A DNA stretch of 64,000 nucleotides from an uncultured Methanoregulaceae archaeon (GTDB taxonomy: Archaea; Halobacteriota; Methanomicrobia; Methanomicrobiales; Methanospirillaceae): contig OY970061.1 of the NCBI GenBank assembly GCA_963705255.1, positions 1,728,001 to 1,792,000 on the forward strand, in the 5' to 3' direction. Every line of letters begins with the position of its first letter. Within the stretch, counting starts at the first letter, position 1. The notes under the pieces are model-generated. The model had not been told where the DNA came from. It saw only the letters and a program-made list of their open reading frames with translations, and made no database searches. Shown here in pieces: positions 32,096 through 41,799 of the stretch. A program made the position numbers and the translations under genes.

Positions 32096-33352
32096 TCAGC
32101 CGCCGAGGGTAAACTGCGATGTCCCGGAGACGTTGCCGAACACGATTTTTCCGGTCGCCGGGTCCCGTTCAAACGTGGACGCATTTACCTCGTATACCGA
32201 GGGCCTGAGGGACGCCGTTTCGATCGTCAGCGACCAGAGGTTTATGTCCCCCGTGCCCCGGACCACGTCCGTGTTACCCATAACGCCGGAGAAGAACCCG
32301 CCTTCCGTCCCGGTCCGGGGATCGATGGTGAGGGAATAATCCGAAGTGAACGACGGGGTTACCTGTACCATAATCTCATCGCCTGCCGGAAGGTTCGTGG
32401 TGCCCGTGATCGTGAGCCGTTCCCCGAAAACGGGCTTGATCCCGAGGGTGTCCACGGTGATGAAGGGATTAGTATTTGTCCCCGTTCCTGGTTGCGCTGG
32501 TACTGCTGTGGTTGTATCTTCCAGCGTAAAACCGGTGGACCCGGAGAGGTCTCCCGGCGAGATATTTGCCTCGCTGATATTTCCCTGTATGGTGGAGACG
32601 TTCACGAGATACGGGCCGGGGATCAGCTGCGCGGTGTCCACCCCAAAGGACCAGCGGTTGACGCCTTCCGTGCCCGGGAGAACATAGAGGAGGCCTGTCA
32701 CCGTTGCCCCGCCCAGCGTCGTCATCTCACGGGTCTTTGGGTCGAGAGAGAACGTCGATGTATTGTCCTGCTGGATAACCGCGTAGAGCAGATTTGTATC
32801 CACCGGCATGCTCGTTATACCCGTGACAAGGAATTTTTCCCCGATCTGTTTTGTGCTGATGGGATTAACGGCGATGAACGGCGTCTGGTTCACCCGTGAA
32901 CTCCGGGCTCCTGCCGGTCCCCCGGCCGGGCTGCCGAGCGTGAACCGGGACGTTGCCAGCAGGTCCCCGTGGGTAACGTTGCTATCAGCCCCGCTGATGA
33001 TAAGATTATTAACGTTTATGCGATATTCCCCGGGGGCGAGACTGGTCGTGTCCACCGCGGAGGACCAGGTATTGGTCATACCGGAACCCCGGACAACGAT
33101 TGCATCTGTCCCGGCAGCGGTGCCGGATCCCGCACCGGACGCCGGGAAAATGCCGATTTCCAGTTCCGCGCCGACCGGAAGGTTCGTCGTTCCCGTGATG
33201 ACCATCAGATCGCCGGCATTCCGGTCGGCGATGGGATCGATGGATGCCGAGGGGAAGAGGGTGAAGGTGCCGGTCAGGAGGATACTCGCAAACAGGATCG
33301 CGAGGAGCCCCGCGGCGACGATACCGGCCCAGGTCAGGTATTTTTTTTTCAT
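32096..33352 (-). CDS. Exported protein with three Ig-like ITGTTNLP domains
   Basis: Three repeats of ITGTT(N/S)(L/M)P...WS..DT..L.PG.Y.VN. Confidence 0.85.
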   Translation of the reverse strand: MKKKYLTWAGIVAAGLLAILFASILLTGTFTLFPSASIDPIADRNAGDLMVITGTTNLPVGAELEIGIFPASGAGSGTAAGTDAIVVRGSGMTNTWSSAVDTTSLAPGEYRINVNNLIISGADSNVTHGDLLATSRFTLGSPAGGPAGARSSRVNQTPFIAVNPISTKQIGEKFLVTGITSMPVDTNLLYAVIQQDNTSTFSLDPKTREMTTLGGATVTGLLYVLPGTEGVNRWSFGVDTAQLIPGPYLVNVSTIQGNISEANISPGDLSGSTGFTLEDTTTAVPAQPGTGTNTNPFITVDTLGIKPVFGERLTITGTTNLPAGDEIMVQVTPSFTSDYSLTIDPRTGTEGGFFSGVMGNTDVVRGTGDINLWSLTIETASLRPSVYEVNASTFERDPATGKIVFGNVSGTSQFTLGG

Positions 33353-33358
33353 ATGCGA

Positions 33359-33381
33359 ACAATGTAATATATTTTGTGCAT
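33359..33381 (-). promoter_or_regulatory. Shared 23-bp operator candidate, copy 1
   Basis: ACAATGTAATATATTTTGTGCAT, identical to 35437..35459, 6 nt upstream of the start. Confidence 0.7.
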
Positions 33382-33614
33382 CTGGTAAAAAATGTTTAGC
33401 TTTTGTTTTTCCTTGACAGCGTTCTTATAAACGTTGATGAACGTGCGCATCCGGAGAACAATGGTCAGTTTTTTTCGCCGGAAAATATGCCATGATACAA
33501 CGCATTTTTGATCCACCCCCAGCCTTTCAGCTCATAGGAGGTTAAGCATAACCCGTTTTCCCGGTCCTGGATCATATCCTTTACCACCGGCACAGGTTCA
33601 TCCGGGGCAAACTC

Positions 33615-34187
33615 CTATTTCAGGGTAAAGGAGGCGTATCCATAATGGTCCCCAATCTCAAGATCCGTAAAATTACCTTTCATTTCACCCACCAGGGCAA
33701 CCCACTTCCCCGGTCTGACATCGTCCCCGGCCATGCCGACATCGAGCGATATCCGGTTTGATCTGCCGTCACCTTTTACTACCCAGCCATTGCCAGTTGT
33801 AACGCCCCTGATGGTGCCGGTCGGAGGTTTCCCTGTATCCGGCATGAGCTGCCAAAGGAGCTCGGTACCAGCGGGAAGGCTGGTAGTTCCGGTTATCAGG
33901 ATCTTCTGACTGTCGGACACGTCACCGATCGGGTCGAGCATTATCCCGGTGGAAAGAACCGGTGCAGGTGTGGGCCGCACCGTTGCCGGTTTTTCCGGTG
34001 CCTTCACGGTCACCGGTGCGGTTGGTGTACCTGCAGCCGGCTGTTCACTCTGCTTCCCGCTGATAGTGGTAACCTGGCTCTGGTTCTCCGGGGCGGACCC
34101 CGTGCACCCGGCGCTCACAAGGGTCGCGATGGTTATGAATACTGCGAGGCAGATGAGCGCGCGGCCTGATTCCTGGCGGCTTTTCAT
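33615..34187 (-). CDS. Lipoprotein with one Ig-like ITGTTSLP domain
   Basis: Lipobox SAGC; Pro/Thr linker. Confidence 0.8.
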   Translation of the reverse strand: MKSRQESGRALICLAVFITIATLVSAGCTGSAPENQSQVTTISGKQSEQPAAGTPTAPVTVKAPEKPATVRPTPAPVLSTGIMLDPIGDVSDSQKILITGTTSLPAGTELLWQLMPDTGKPPTGTIRGVTTGNGWVVKGDGRSNRISLDVGMAGDDVRPGKWVALVGEMKGNFTDLEIGDHYGYASFTLK

Positions 34188-34223
34188 GATTTCTCCTGAA
34201 CATCCCGCGGTATGTATACCTGG

Positions 34224-35429
34224 CTAGTTCAGGGTAAAGAATGTGGACCCCGACGGGTACCCTGTTTTGGCCTGGCCCGGGTCCCCTACCAGCAGCGCTG
34301 CCGACACGTTGTATTCGCCCGGCTGGAGCGCATTCGTGTCCATGGCAAAGGACACCCGGTTGGCGGTGCTACTGCCTTTCGTTACTTGGGAGTTTGCCAT
34401 CATTCCCGAAAAGGTCCCTGCCTGGTCAGGGTTCCCGGCAAGTGCTGCCGGTGTGACCTGCCAGAGTATGCCGGTCCCTACGGGAAGACTGGTCGTCCCG
34501 GTGACAAGGAACTGGTCCCCGGACGACCGGTCGCCGATCGCGTTCAGAGTGATGAAATCATCTCTGGTCACCGTAGGCTGGACCGGCGTATCGGTACCGA
34601 GATACGGCCCCTCAAGCGTGAAGAGCGCGGTGCCGGTGGCATTCCCGAGGTGTGCCGTGCCTTTGGACAGGTCCCCTTCCCAGTTCGTGACCGAGACGAG
34701 GAGTTCGTCCGGTTTGAGGATCGAGGTATCGATGGGGCAGGTGAACCGGTTGACATTTCCGGTGCCCTTCATCACCAGGGCCGAGGACCCGATCCCGGTA
34801 TTCGTCTTACTGCCGGGCTTCGCTTTTACCATCACCATAAGCTCCGTCCCGGCCGGGAAGTTAGTGGTGCCCGATACAACGATGAGGTCTCCCGTTGTCT
34901 TCGGGGCAATCGCGTCGATGAGGATGCACGGTTCGGTGCACGAGGACGCTGAATGGGCGGAGACTGCTGAGTCTGCCGATGCAGCCGGGTGAACGGTAAA
35001 TCTTGTCGATCCGAAGATCTCCCCTTTTGTGTAATCCCCTTTTGAGATGTCTCCCTTGAATGACGACACGTTGACGAGATATTCCATCGGCCTGAATGTT
35101 GAGGTGTTAAGCGGGAATGCCCATGTGTTGGTACCACCTGTACCTCCGGCGATCGTAACGGTCCCTGTCGCCCCGGTAAATTCACCGCTCCCGGTCCCCG
35201 TCTGGTCTTCAAAGGATGCGGGGTAGACTTCCGCGAGAATCTCCGTGCCGGCCGGGAGGCTGGTCTTGCCGGTGATGGTGAACTGGTCGCCAACGTTCTT
35301 ATCGCTCACCGGGTCAACGGAGATGAACGGTTTTGCGACCGAAAATCCGGTGACCATGCCGACGCATATCATGGCGGCAATGATACCGACGGCAAGGATG
35401 CTGCCGTACATGAGAGTCTGGTGTTTCAT
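34224..35429 (-). CDS. Exported protein with three Ig-like TGxT(S/N)LP domains
   Basis: Start MKHQTLMYG; paralog of 32096..33352. Confidence 0.85.
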   Translation of the reverse strand: MKHQTLMYGSILAVGIIAAMICVGMVTGFSVAKPFISVDPVSDKNVGDQFTITGKTSLPAGTEILAEVYPASFEDQTGTGSGEFTGATGTVTIAGGTGGTNTWAFPLNTSTFRPMEYLVNVSSFKGDISKGDYTKGEIFGSTRFTVHPAASADSAVSAHSASSCTEPCILIDAIAPKTTGDLIVVSGTTNFPAGTELMVMVKAKPGSKTNTGIGSSALVMKGTGNVNRFTCPIDTSILKPDELLVSVTNWEGDLSKGTAHLGNATGTALFTLEGPYLGTDTPVQPTVTRDDFITLNAIGDRSSGDQFLVTGTTSLPVGTGILWQVTPAALAGNPDQAGTFSGMMANSQVTKGSSTANRVSFAMDTNALQPGEYNVSAALLVGDPGQAKTGYPSGSTFFTLN

Positions 35430-35436
35430 TGTTCCC

Positions 35437-35459
35437 ACAATGTAATATATTTTGTGCAT
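35437..35459 (-). promoter_or_regulatory. Shared 23-bp operator candidate, copy 2
   Basis: Identical to 33359..33381, 7 nt upstream of the start. Confidence 0.7.
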
Positions 35460-35607
35460 TGTGTATAAACTTTTTGGCATATTGTGAAAATTTTTTTGCA
35501 AAATCGAGAGATTTTGATATGGAGGCTCGACCGGTCGTTGGTATCTGGCATGACACTCCTGAAAGGAGGAGGTTTTGTTTTTCCCGTTTATGGTAACGCC
35601 GGAGTGA

Positions 35608-36080
35608 TCCCCCCTTTTCCGGAGTTGCCCGGACATACCATCCCCTGAAAAATAACTCCTCAATTTAGCCCCAGTTTGCCGAAATAAGCCCGATTTGAAA
35701 GGTCGATTTTCCGGGTATCGCGTTTTTTGGCGAATTATAGTACAGTGATTTTTGGATACGGCTGTATTATCGTTATTTTGCTCATCTGAAGGGCATTTCA
35801 GCCTCTGAAAAATGTCTCTTTATTGCCTTTTGGATGTGCGATTGCTACCCGAAGGGTAGCAAGAGCTTGAGAAGAAGCCGGAGGCCTTCTTCGAACGATG
35901 TGCGACTGCTGCCCAATGGTGGCAGGAGGCTGGAGAATATTGAGGAGCATCAGACCCGAAAGAGGAGAAGACCGAAGGTCTTCGACTGAATGCCGAAGGC
36001 GTTCTTCGAACGATGATCCGGGAGCCGGGATCCTGGGGAAAAGGTTGGCCGGGGGAATGGCGGGGGGTGGGATCCGGGGT
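35608..36080. repeat. Hairpin-rich repeat, copy 2, with a ~60-bp extra hairpin module
   Basis: Direct repeat of 30753..31159; extra GCTACCCGAAGGGTAGC and GAAGAAGCCGGAGGCCTTCTTC. Confidence 0.9.
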
Positions 36081-36244
36081 TTTGTGATCGGGGCAGTTAC
36101 GTTGGGAGGATAGTATTTCATATAAACTTCCCGCCTCCGTTTGAGAGGAACGCGATCGCTCAAGGTTTCGAGGGTATTGAACTTGCGACTGCCGGTACCG
36201 ACTGTTTTTGCATAGGTATCAGTGTAGGCGACCAGTCCTCTGTA

Positions 36245-38101
36245 TTATCGCACAGTTCCGAACCGGCCGATCACGCACTGGATCTCTGCTGCCACCCTCT
36301 TCAGTTCATCAATCCGGTCCGCAACCTTCTCTTCATGCCGTTTCCGCTCTGCAAGTGCCGAGTCGATCGCGCCATGGGTCGCCCCGATGGTCAGGCCAAG
36401 ATTAGCATCGAGATCGGCGCTGAACTTCCTGAATGCCGCATCAATGTTCTGCAGGGTCTCCCAGCGGAGGTTCTCGAGGTTGCGAATCACCAGCGTATCG
36501 ATCTGTTTTTTTAACCGGTTCCGTGCCCGGCTCTCGCGCAGCGATCCGGGCAGGAGGCGCCCGATGACCCCGGCCGGGATTGGTGAGAACGAACTGTCCC
36601 AGCAATGCTCGACCCAGTAGGGTTTTTTTACCGGCTCATAGGCGTATTCACCGTTCGGTGGATGGTACGGGATGTCAAAGAGCTCCGCTGCTGCCTTCCG
36701 GATAGATTCTGTGAGTTCGTCCGCCCTCTGTTCGTGATCTTTCAGCCTGGCAGCAACCTCTTTGTCCATCATCGAGGTGATCCTGCCAAGTTCGCGCTCG
36801 AACCATACCGGAATCTCGTCTGCCACGGCCTGCTGCGCCGCAGGCTCCGGGTCCTGCGGGGATGCTGCGATGGCCGATTCGGCAATCTTCGTGAGACGCT
36901 CACGGAGCGGGGCGCGAAGATTCTGGATATACGCTTCCAGCTGGGCGTGTACCCTTTTCTGGTCGCCGGTGAGGATATCCTGTGCGTGGATCCGCTGCTG
37001 CTGTGCCTTCGCGATCTTTTTGTCGAACAGGGCCAGTCTGTTCTCCAGCTGGGCGAGCGGCAGTTCGAGCGCCCGAATCTCAAGCTCGATCTGGAGCTGG
37101 ACATCATGGAAGAGATCGAGCGCTTTTCTCCCGATGGCGTCCCGCAACACGCGGTTCTTCTCACGGGCGAGAAAGGCAATGAGGTGATCGAAGATTTCAG
37201 CGAGCCCGCTCACCTCCCACAGGTCCTCATTGCCCGACTCTTTTGCCCGCAATCCCTCCCGTGCAGATATCGCAAAGATCCGGGTGCCGGGATCAATACC
37301 TACATCGCGTGTCAGGACCGTGCGATAGAACCCCAGTGCCACCTCCCGCTCCGCATCGGTCAGGTAGTCTACCTTATTCAGTACCAAGAATACCTGTGCG
37401 GCCCTGCTCCGGATCTCTTTGAGGAAGGTAACTTCGACTTCCATGATCGGCGGGTCGGCCGAGATGACGAAGAGAGCAGCATCGCACTGCGGCAGGAAGT
37501 TCATCGTCGCCTCGGTGTTGTGCCGGTAGGTCGAACCGATACCGGGCGTGTCGATGAGGACGACATCGCGGAGGATCGCAGCAGGGTGGGTGATCTCCAC
37601 CTGGAGAACTCCCTTTAAGTTCTTCGGATTGGAATCCTCGGTGACGAATCCCATGAGCTGTTTTTGCAGCCACCGGTTCCCGGAGGGAGGAGATGCGGGA
37701 AGACCCGTGTCTTCGATGCACTTCGTCGGTTCACCGTTGAGGACGGTATCCGGGCGGCTGTCATGGTACCGGACCCGGAGCAACCGCTGCTCCCCGTACC
37801 GGATGAATGTCGGGAGTGCCGTGAGCGGGACGACCGAACTCGGCAGGATGTCCTCGCCAAGCAGTGCGTTGATGAGCGTGCTCTTGCCCCGCTTGACCTG
37901 CCCGAGCACCGCGAGGTGGAACCGGCCCTGCGCGAGACGTTTTTCGAGTTCGTCCAGGCGCTGTGCATGGATGGCATAGCGGGGATCCATGGCCTCGAAG
38001 CGCCGCCGTTCGGTTTTCAGGATCTCCGCAAGGTTTTCCAGGACAGGGATCGTCCGGGTGTTGTGTGGGGGTAACGGGGTCGGGGTGCCGGTATCATCCA
38101 T
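36245..38101 (-). CDS. Dynamin-like GTPase (bacterial DLP type), A
   Basis: G1 GQVKRGKS, G2 PLTA, G3 DTPG, G4 NKVD, FVTEDSNP.N.K; long helical stalk; GGAGG RBS. Confidence 0.9.
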   Translation of the reverse strand: MDDTGTPTPLPPHNTRTIPVLENLAEILKTERRRFEAMDPRYAIHAQRLDELEKRLAQGRFHLAVLGQVKRGKSTLINALLGEDILPSSVVPLTALPTFIRYGEQRLLRVRYHDSRPDTVLNGEPTKCIEDTGLPASPPSGNRWLQKQLMGFVTEDSNPKNLKGVLQVEITHPAAILRDVVLIDTPGIGSTYRHNTEATMNFLPQCDAALFVISADPPIMEVEVTFLKEIRSRAAQVFLVLNKVDYLTDAEREVALGFYRTVLTRDVGIDPGTRIFAISAREGLRAKESGNEDLWEVSGLAEIFDHLIAFLAREKNRVLRDAIGRKALDLFHDVQLQIELEIRALELPLAQLENRLALFDKKIAKAQQQRIHAQDILTGDQKRVHAQLEAYIQNLRAPLRERLTKIAESAIAASPQDPEPAAQQAVADEIPVWFERELGRITSMMDKEVAARLKDHEQRADELTESIRKAAAELFDIPYHPPNGEYAYEPVKKPYWVEHCWDSSFSPIPAGVIGRLLPGSLRESRARNRLKKQIDTLVIRNLENLRWETLQNIDAAFRKFSADLDANLGLTIGATHGAIDSALAERKRHEEKVADRIDELKRVAAEIQCVIGRFGTVR

Positions 38102-38165
38102 AGGAGAATTCCTCCCTGTATCATCCGATCCTGGTGTGCCGCATGGCAGCACCGGCGATCGGGCG

Positions 38166-38216
38166 GGTAGGAGTTATCAGCACAAAAGGCGGTTAGCGGT
38201 GAACTCCATCACCGGA
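38166..38216 (-). ncRNA. Fluoride riboswitch (crcB motif) 1
   Basis: Sense CCGGTGATGGAGTTCACCGCTAACCGCCTTTTGTGCTGATAACTCCTAC: P1 CGGTG/CACCG, pseudoknot GGAGTT/AACTCC, AACCGC and GCTGATRAC consensus. Confidence 0.93.
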
Positions 38217-38321
38217 TACAGAAATTCTGCATGTGCTGATAATTAAGGGTTTGTCTCTTCCCGTACCATGAGGAAAAAAGAAAACTATTAGTGACAGGAA
38301 CCAGCATTTCTGATCTGTCAG

Positions 38322-38369
38322 TGGCGATGAAGTCCGCCATAACCGCCCGCCGGGGCTGATGACTTCTGT
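38322..38369 (+). ncRNA. Fluoride riboswitch (crcB motif) 2
   Basis: TGGCGATGAAGTCCGCCATAACCGCCCGCCGGGGCTGATGACTTCTG: P1 TGGCG/CGCCA, pseudoknot GAAGTC/GACTTC, P2 GCCC/GGGC. Confidence 0.92.
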
Positions 38370-38461
38370 TTTACCGGTGATGAGGTCTGCTGTACCAGTA
38401 CGGCCAGCGGGTCTCTCACAGAAACTGGCCTGAACAGGGAGGGCAATTACATGATGTTTGA

Positions 38462-38599
<138 letters not shown>

Positions 38600-38611
38600 C
38601 CGGTCCTGACC

Positions 38612-40651
38612 ATGGCCCCGGATCCCGACACCCTGAACGAGAGCCAGGTTCGCCGTCTCCGTGTCACCTGCCAGCATATCGACAGGACGCTCAGCGAGAT
38701 CGAAGGAATCCTGAACGAGTCCGCATCACGGGCCGCGTTTCCCGCGTACATTGCAGACCTCTCCCCGCCCCAGCGGAAGACTCTCGAGGACTATATCGCA
38801 CGCGTCCGCGCCCGGCTCGTCCGGGTACTGGAAGGCCAGGGCATTGCCGCCAGCCAGCCGGGTATCCCCGTCTCGCGGGCAGTCCGCGGCAGGCTGTATT
38901 CGATTGACATTGCAGCAGAAGAACTCAAACCGAAGTACATGCGGGGATATGGCGAAGTCTCGGATACCGTTGCGACAGAACTGGACGGTATCGCGGGGGA
39001 GTTGCAGTCACTGGTCGTACGCCTTGACCAGTACCTTGCGGGGGGAGCCGGGCAGGATTTTAAGGAACGCCTGCAGCGGCTGGAAGGGGCAGGCAACGAC
39101 CTCGGCCTCCTCTCCTGGATCGAACGGGTTGTGGCGGATCGGGGCCTCGTTGAATTCCGGGGGACGATCGCTTCGATCCTCGACCGGGCAGAAGACCGGA
39201 GTTTTGAGATCGCGGTCTTCGGGCGTGTCAGCTCCGGGAAGTCGTCGCTCCTCAACGCCGTGCTCGGTACGGATCTGCTGCCGGTAGGCGTGACTCCGGT
39301 CACCGCTGTTCCCACACGCATCACCCACGGTGAGGAACCGTCGCTTACGGTATCGTTTGCCGATGCCCCGGCAAGAAAGTTCGAGATCCCAAGGCTCGGC
39401 GAATTCGCAACCGAGCAGCAGAATCCGGGGAACGCAAAGCATGTGACACGGATTACCGTCACCATCCCGGCATCAAGGCTCGCGAGCGGTGTCTCCTTTG
39501 TCGATACCCCGGGTCTCGGTTCGCTTGCAACGAGCGGGGCTGCCGAGACCCTCGCGTACCTGCCGAAGTGCGATCTCGGGGTGGTCCTGATAGACGCGGG
39601 ATCCACGCTGACCGGCGGGGACGTGCGGACGATCCTCGCATTGCAGGAAGCAGCCATCCCCGCACACATCCTGCTCAGTAAAGCCGACCTTCTCGACCGC
39701 CCTGATTGCGAAAAGACGATTGCATACGTGAAACAGCACATCGGTTCGGAGACCGGCCTTGACCTGCCGGTCCACCCGGTCAGCGTCCGCCCGTCGCACC
39801 GGCACCTGCTCGACCGCTGGTTCGGGGGGGACATCCTTCCGCTCTTCGACCGATCACAGGAACTCAGGGCCGCATCACTGCAGAGAAAGATCGGTCTGCT
39901 GCGGGAGTCAGTAATTTTCGATCTCCGGAAGAAGATCCAGCGGAGCCGGCAGGCATCACCGGAAGATACGGAAGAGCTCCGTGAAACCGGGGCCCGCCTG
40001 CGACGGGCAACCGGGCTTATCGGAGAGACACGCTCCGGATGCGAACGGGCAGCCGACGCAATCGCCGGGGATATTCCGGCGATATACAGCGCTGCCGCTG
40101 CCAGCGTCATGAAGATGAGGACGCATGAAGCCGATACGGGGAATACCGCTGACGATGTGATCCGCACTGCGGTTCTCCGGATTGTACAGGAGCGGGCAAA
40201 GAGTGTCCAGAGTCTCGTCGAAACCCTTGCCCTCCGGTTGCAGGAGGATCTGGTCAAAAGCGCGGCAGAAACCACGAGTGCCGACATGCCCGGCGATGAC
40301 GAATTCCCGTCGCTTGTCCGCGGTATGCCGGTTTTCGATCCCGTGACGATCCGCGTCTCCGTACCAAAATCCACGTATACCGCATTGCTGGGAAGGCGGT
40401 TTGAAGAGGAGCACCTTGTACGTCACATCCGCCGGCAACTCGGCGGATCCTTCGAGCCGGCTCTTGCAGGTTATAGCAGAGTCCTGAAGGAATGGGCAAG
40501 GCAAGTGACGGACCGGATGGGTGCAAAGTTCGAAACCTATGCTGAACGCTACCGTGCCCGGGCCGAGCGATCCCCTCATGGAACGGAACTGATGCCGGAA
40601 GAGATAGGGGCTGTTGAAGAGACCCTCAAAATGCTTGGGGACAATCCTTAA
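38612..40651 (+). CDS. Dynamin-like GTPase (bacterial DLP type), B, with N-terminal helical extension
   Basis: G1 GRVSSGKS, G2 PVTA, G3 DTPG, G4 SKAD, FATEQQNPGN.K. Confidence 0.9.
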   Translation: MAPDPDTLNESQVRRLRVTCQHIDRTLSEIEGILNESASRAAFPAYIADLSPPQRKTLEDYIARVRARLVRVLEGQGIAASQPGIPVSRAVRGRLYSIDIAAEELKPKYMRGYGEVSDTVATELDGIAGELQSLVVRLDQYLAGGAGQDFKERLQRLEGAGNDLGLLSWIERVVADRGLVEFRGTIASILDRAEDRSFEIAVFGRVSSGKSSLLNAVLGTDLLPVGVTPVTAVPTRITHGEEPSLTVSFADAPARKFEIPRLGEFATEQQNPGNAKHVTRITVTIPASRLASGVSFVDTPGLGSLATSGAAETLAYLPKCDLGVVLIDAGSTLTGGDVRTILALQEAAIPAHILLSKADLLDRPDCEKTIAYVKQHIGSETGLDLPVHPVSVRPSHRHLLDRWFGGDILPLFDRSQELRAASLQRKIGLLRESVIFDLRKKIQRSRQASPEDTEELRETGARLRRATGLIGETRSGCERAADAIAGDIPAIYSAAAASVMKMRTHEADTGNTADDVIRTAVLRIVQERAKSVQSLVETLALRLQEDLVKSAAETTSADMPGDDEFPSLVRGMPVFDPVTIRVSVPKSTYTALLGRRFEEEHLVRHIRRQLGGSFEPALAGYSRVLKEWARQVTDRMGAKFETYAERYRARAERSPHGTELMPEEIGAVEETLKMLGDNP

Positions 40652-40746
40652 AAAACTGCCAGCCCTGTAGGCTCAGCCATTCCTGATCGCCCCTGTTCGG
40701 AGTTTATCGCATAATTTACCTTCGAACATTCCGGATCATCAGCACT

Positions 40747-41400
40747 TCATCGATGACATCTTTCCCCCGGACTGGCTTTTTTCCATGATGGGGCAATACC
40801 TGCTGTATACTGTCGTTCGAGTGTTTCCTGCATACTGTTCAGGAGCTGTGCGAACCCTTCACCAAGACCGCCATGCCGGATATCCCGGATAACCGCATGC
40901 AGGAAAATCTGATGATAGATACAAAGGTCGTCAAAGACCGGATCAGAAAACCCGTAAAGCCGGTTTATGAGAAGCGCGGGCTGATACATCTCCCGGATCT
41001 TCTCCGGGGTGTCGTACCTGCAGATCGTCTCAAAGAACGTGTGCGAGGCCCGGACCATCCCGTCGATGAGCAGGGGGAGTTCCTCCGGCAGACCGGAGAA
41101 TTGCTGGGTGAAGACCGGGCAGAACCACGGTGCCTGACGGATCTCCGGGCGCAACGCACGGAACTCTGGGTAATGATAGATCTTCAGGATGGTTTCCCTG
41201 TCCGTGACGAGCCGGTACGCATTCCCGGGACCGGCTGAATTTTTACACAGCACGATGAATCCCGCATTCCGGAATGATTCGATCCACCTCCGTATCGTCG
41301 CCGCTTTCGTGAACCCGGCAGCGGTGGCGAGATCGATCTCGCTGTGTGACCCGCCATCGAGCAGGATATGCATCAACCGGGACTTGACCGGGGATTTCAT
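40747..41400 (-). CDS. N-terminal wHTH hypothetical protein
   Basis: SEIDLATAAGFTKAATIRRWIESF; ATGA overlap with the upstream gene. Confidence 0.65.
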   Translation of the reverse strand: MKSPVKSRLMHILLDGGSHSEIDLATAAGFTKAATIRRWIESFRNAGFIVLCKNSAGPGNAYRLVTDRETILKIYHYPEFRALRPEIRQAPWFCPVFTQQFSGLPEELPLLIDGMVRASHTFFETICRYDTPEKIREMYQPALLINRLYGFSDPVFDDLCIYHQIFLHAVIRDIRHGGLGEGFAQLLNSMQETLERQYTAGIAPSWKKASPGERCHR

Positions 41401-41792
41401 CGCGGTGCACCTTCCGGTACTACGCCGGCTGTCTCATCACATGCTGTTCGCACAACCGGGGATGGATGCTCCCTAAGTCTGCCGATCAGCTGTTGGCTGG
41501 CAGGAGATTTGATCCGTGACAGTGCATACACAATCTCACGCAAAGTGTACACGTCCTGGCCGGCGCGTATCATTGCTTCAAACGCCGGGACTGCCCGTTT
41601 GTATCGCCCCTGCCCGAGGATTTGTATCGCCATCATCCGGTGCTCACGGAGCGGGTGGTGCAGGGTGAGGAGGAGCCGCTCTTCATAGGGATGATCTTTC
41701 CAGTGTTCAATGGATCTTCCACACCGCTTGCAGATCTGTTCGTCCTCCGGGCTTTGTTTCCCGCAGAACGGGCAGAAGAAGGTCGTGCCCAT
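41397..41792 (-). CDS. Zinc-ribbon + HEAT/PBS-lyase repeat protein
   Basis: CPFC...CKRC; RMMAIQILG and HPSPVVR HEAT motifs; GAGGTGA RBS. Confidence 0.8.
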   Translation of the reverse strand: MGTTFFCPFCGKQSPEDEQICKRCGRSIEHWKDHPYEERLLLTLHHPLREHRMMAIQILGQGRYKRAVPAFEAMIRAGQDVYTLREIVYALSRIKSPASQQLIGRLREHPSPVVRTACDETAGVVPEGAPR

Positions 41793-41799
41793 CGTCACC

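Noticed and set aside
38294-38331. Peptide TSISDLSVAM as a further enolase fragment
   Set aside because: Overlaps the promoter and riboswitch 2 and is too short; likely coincidental.
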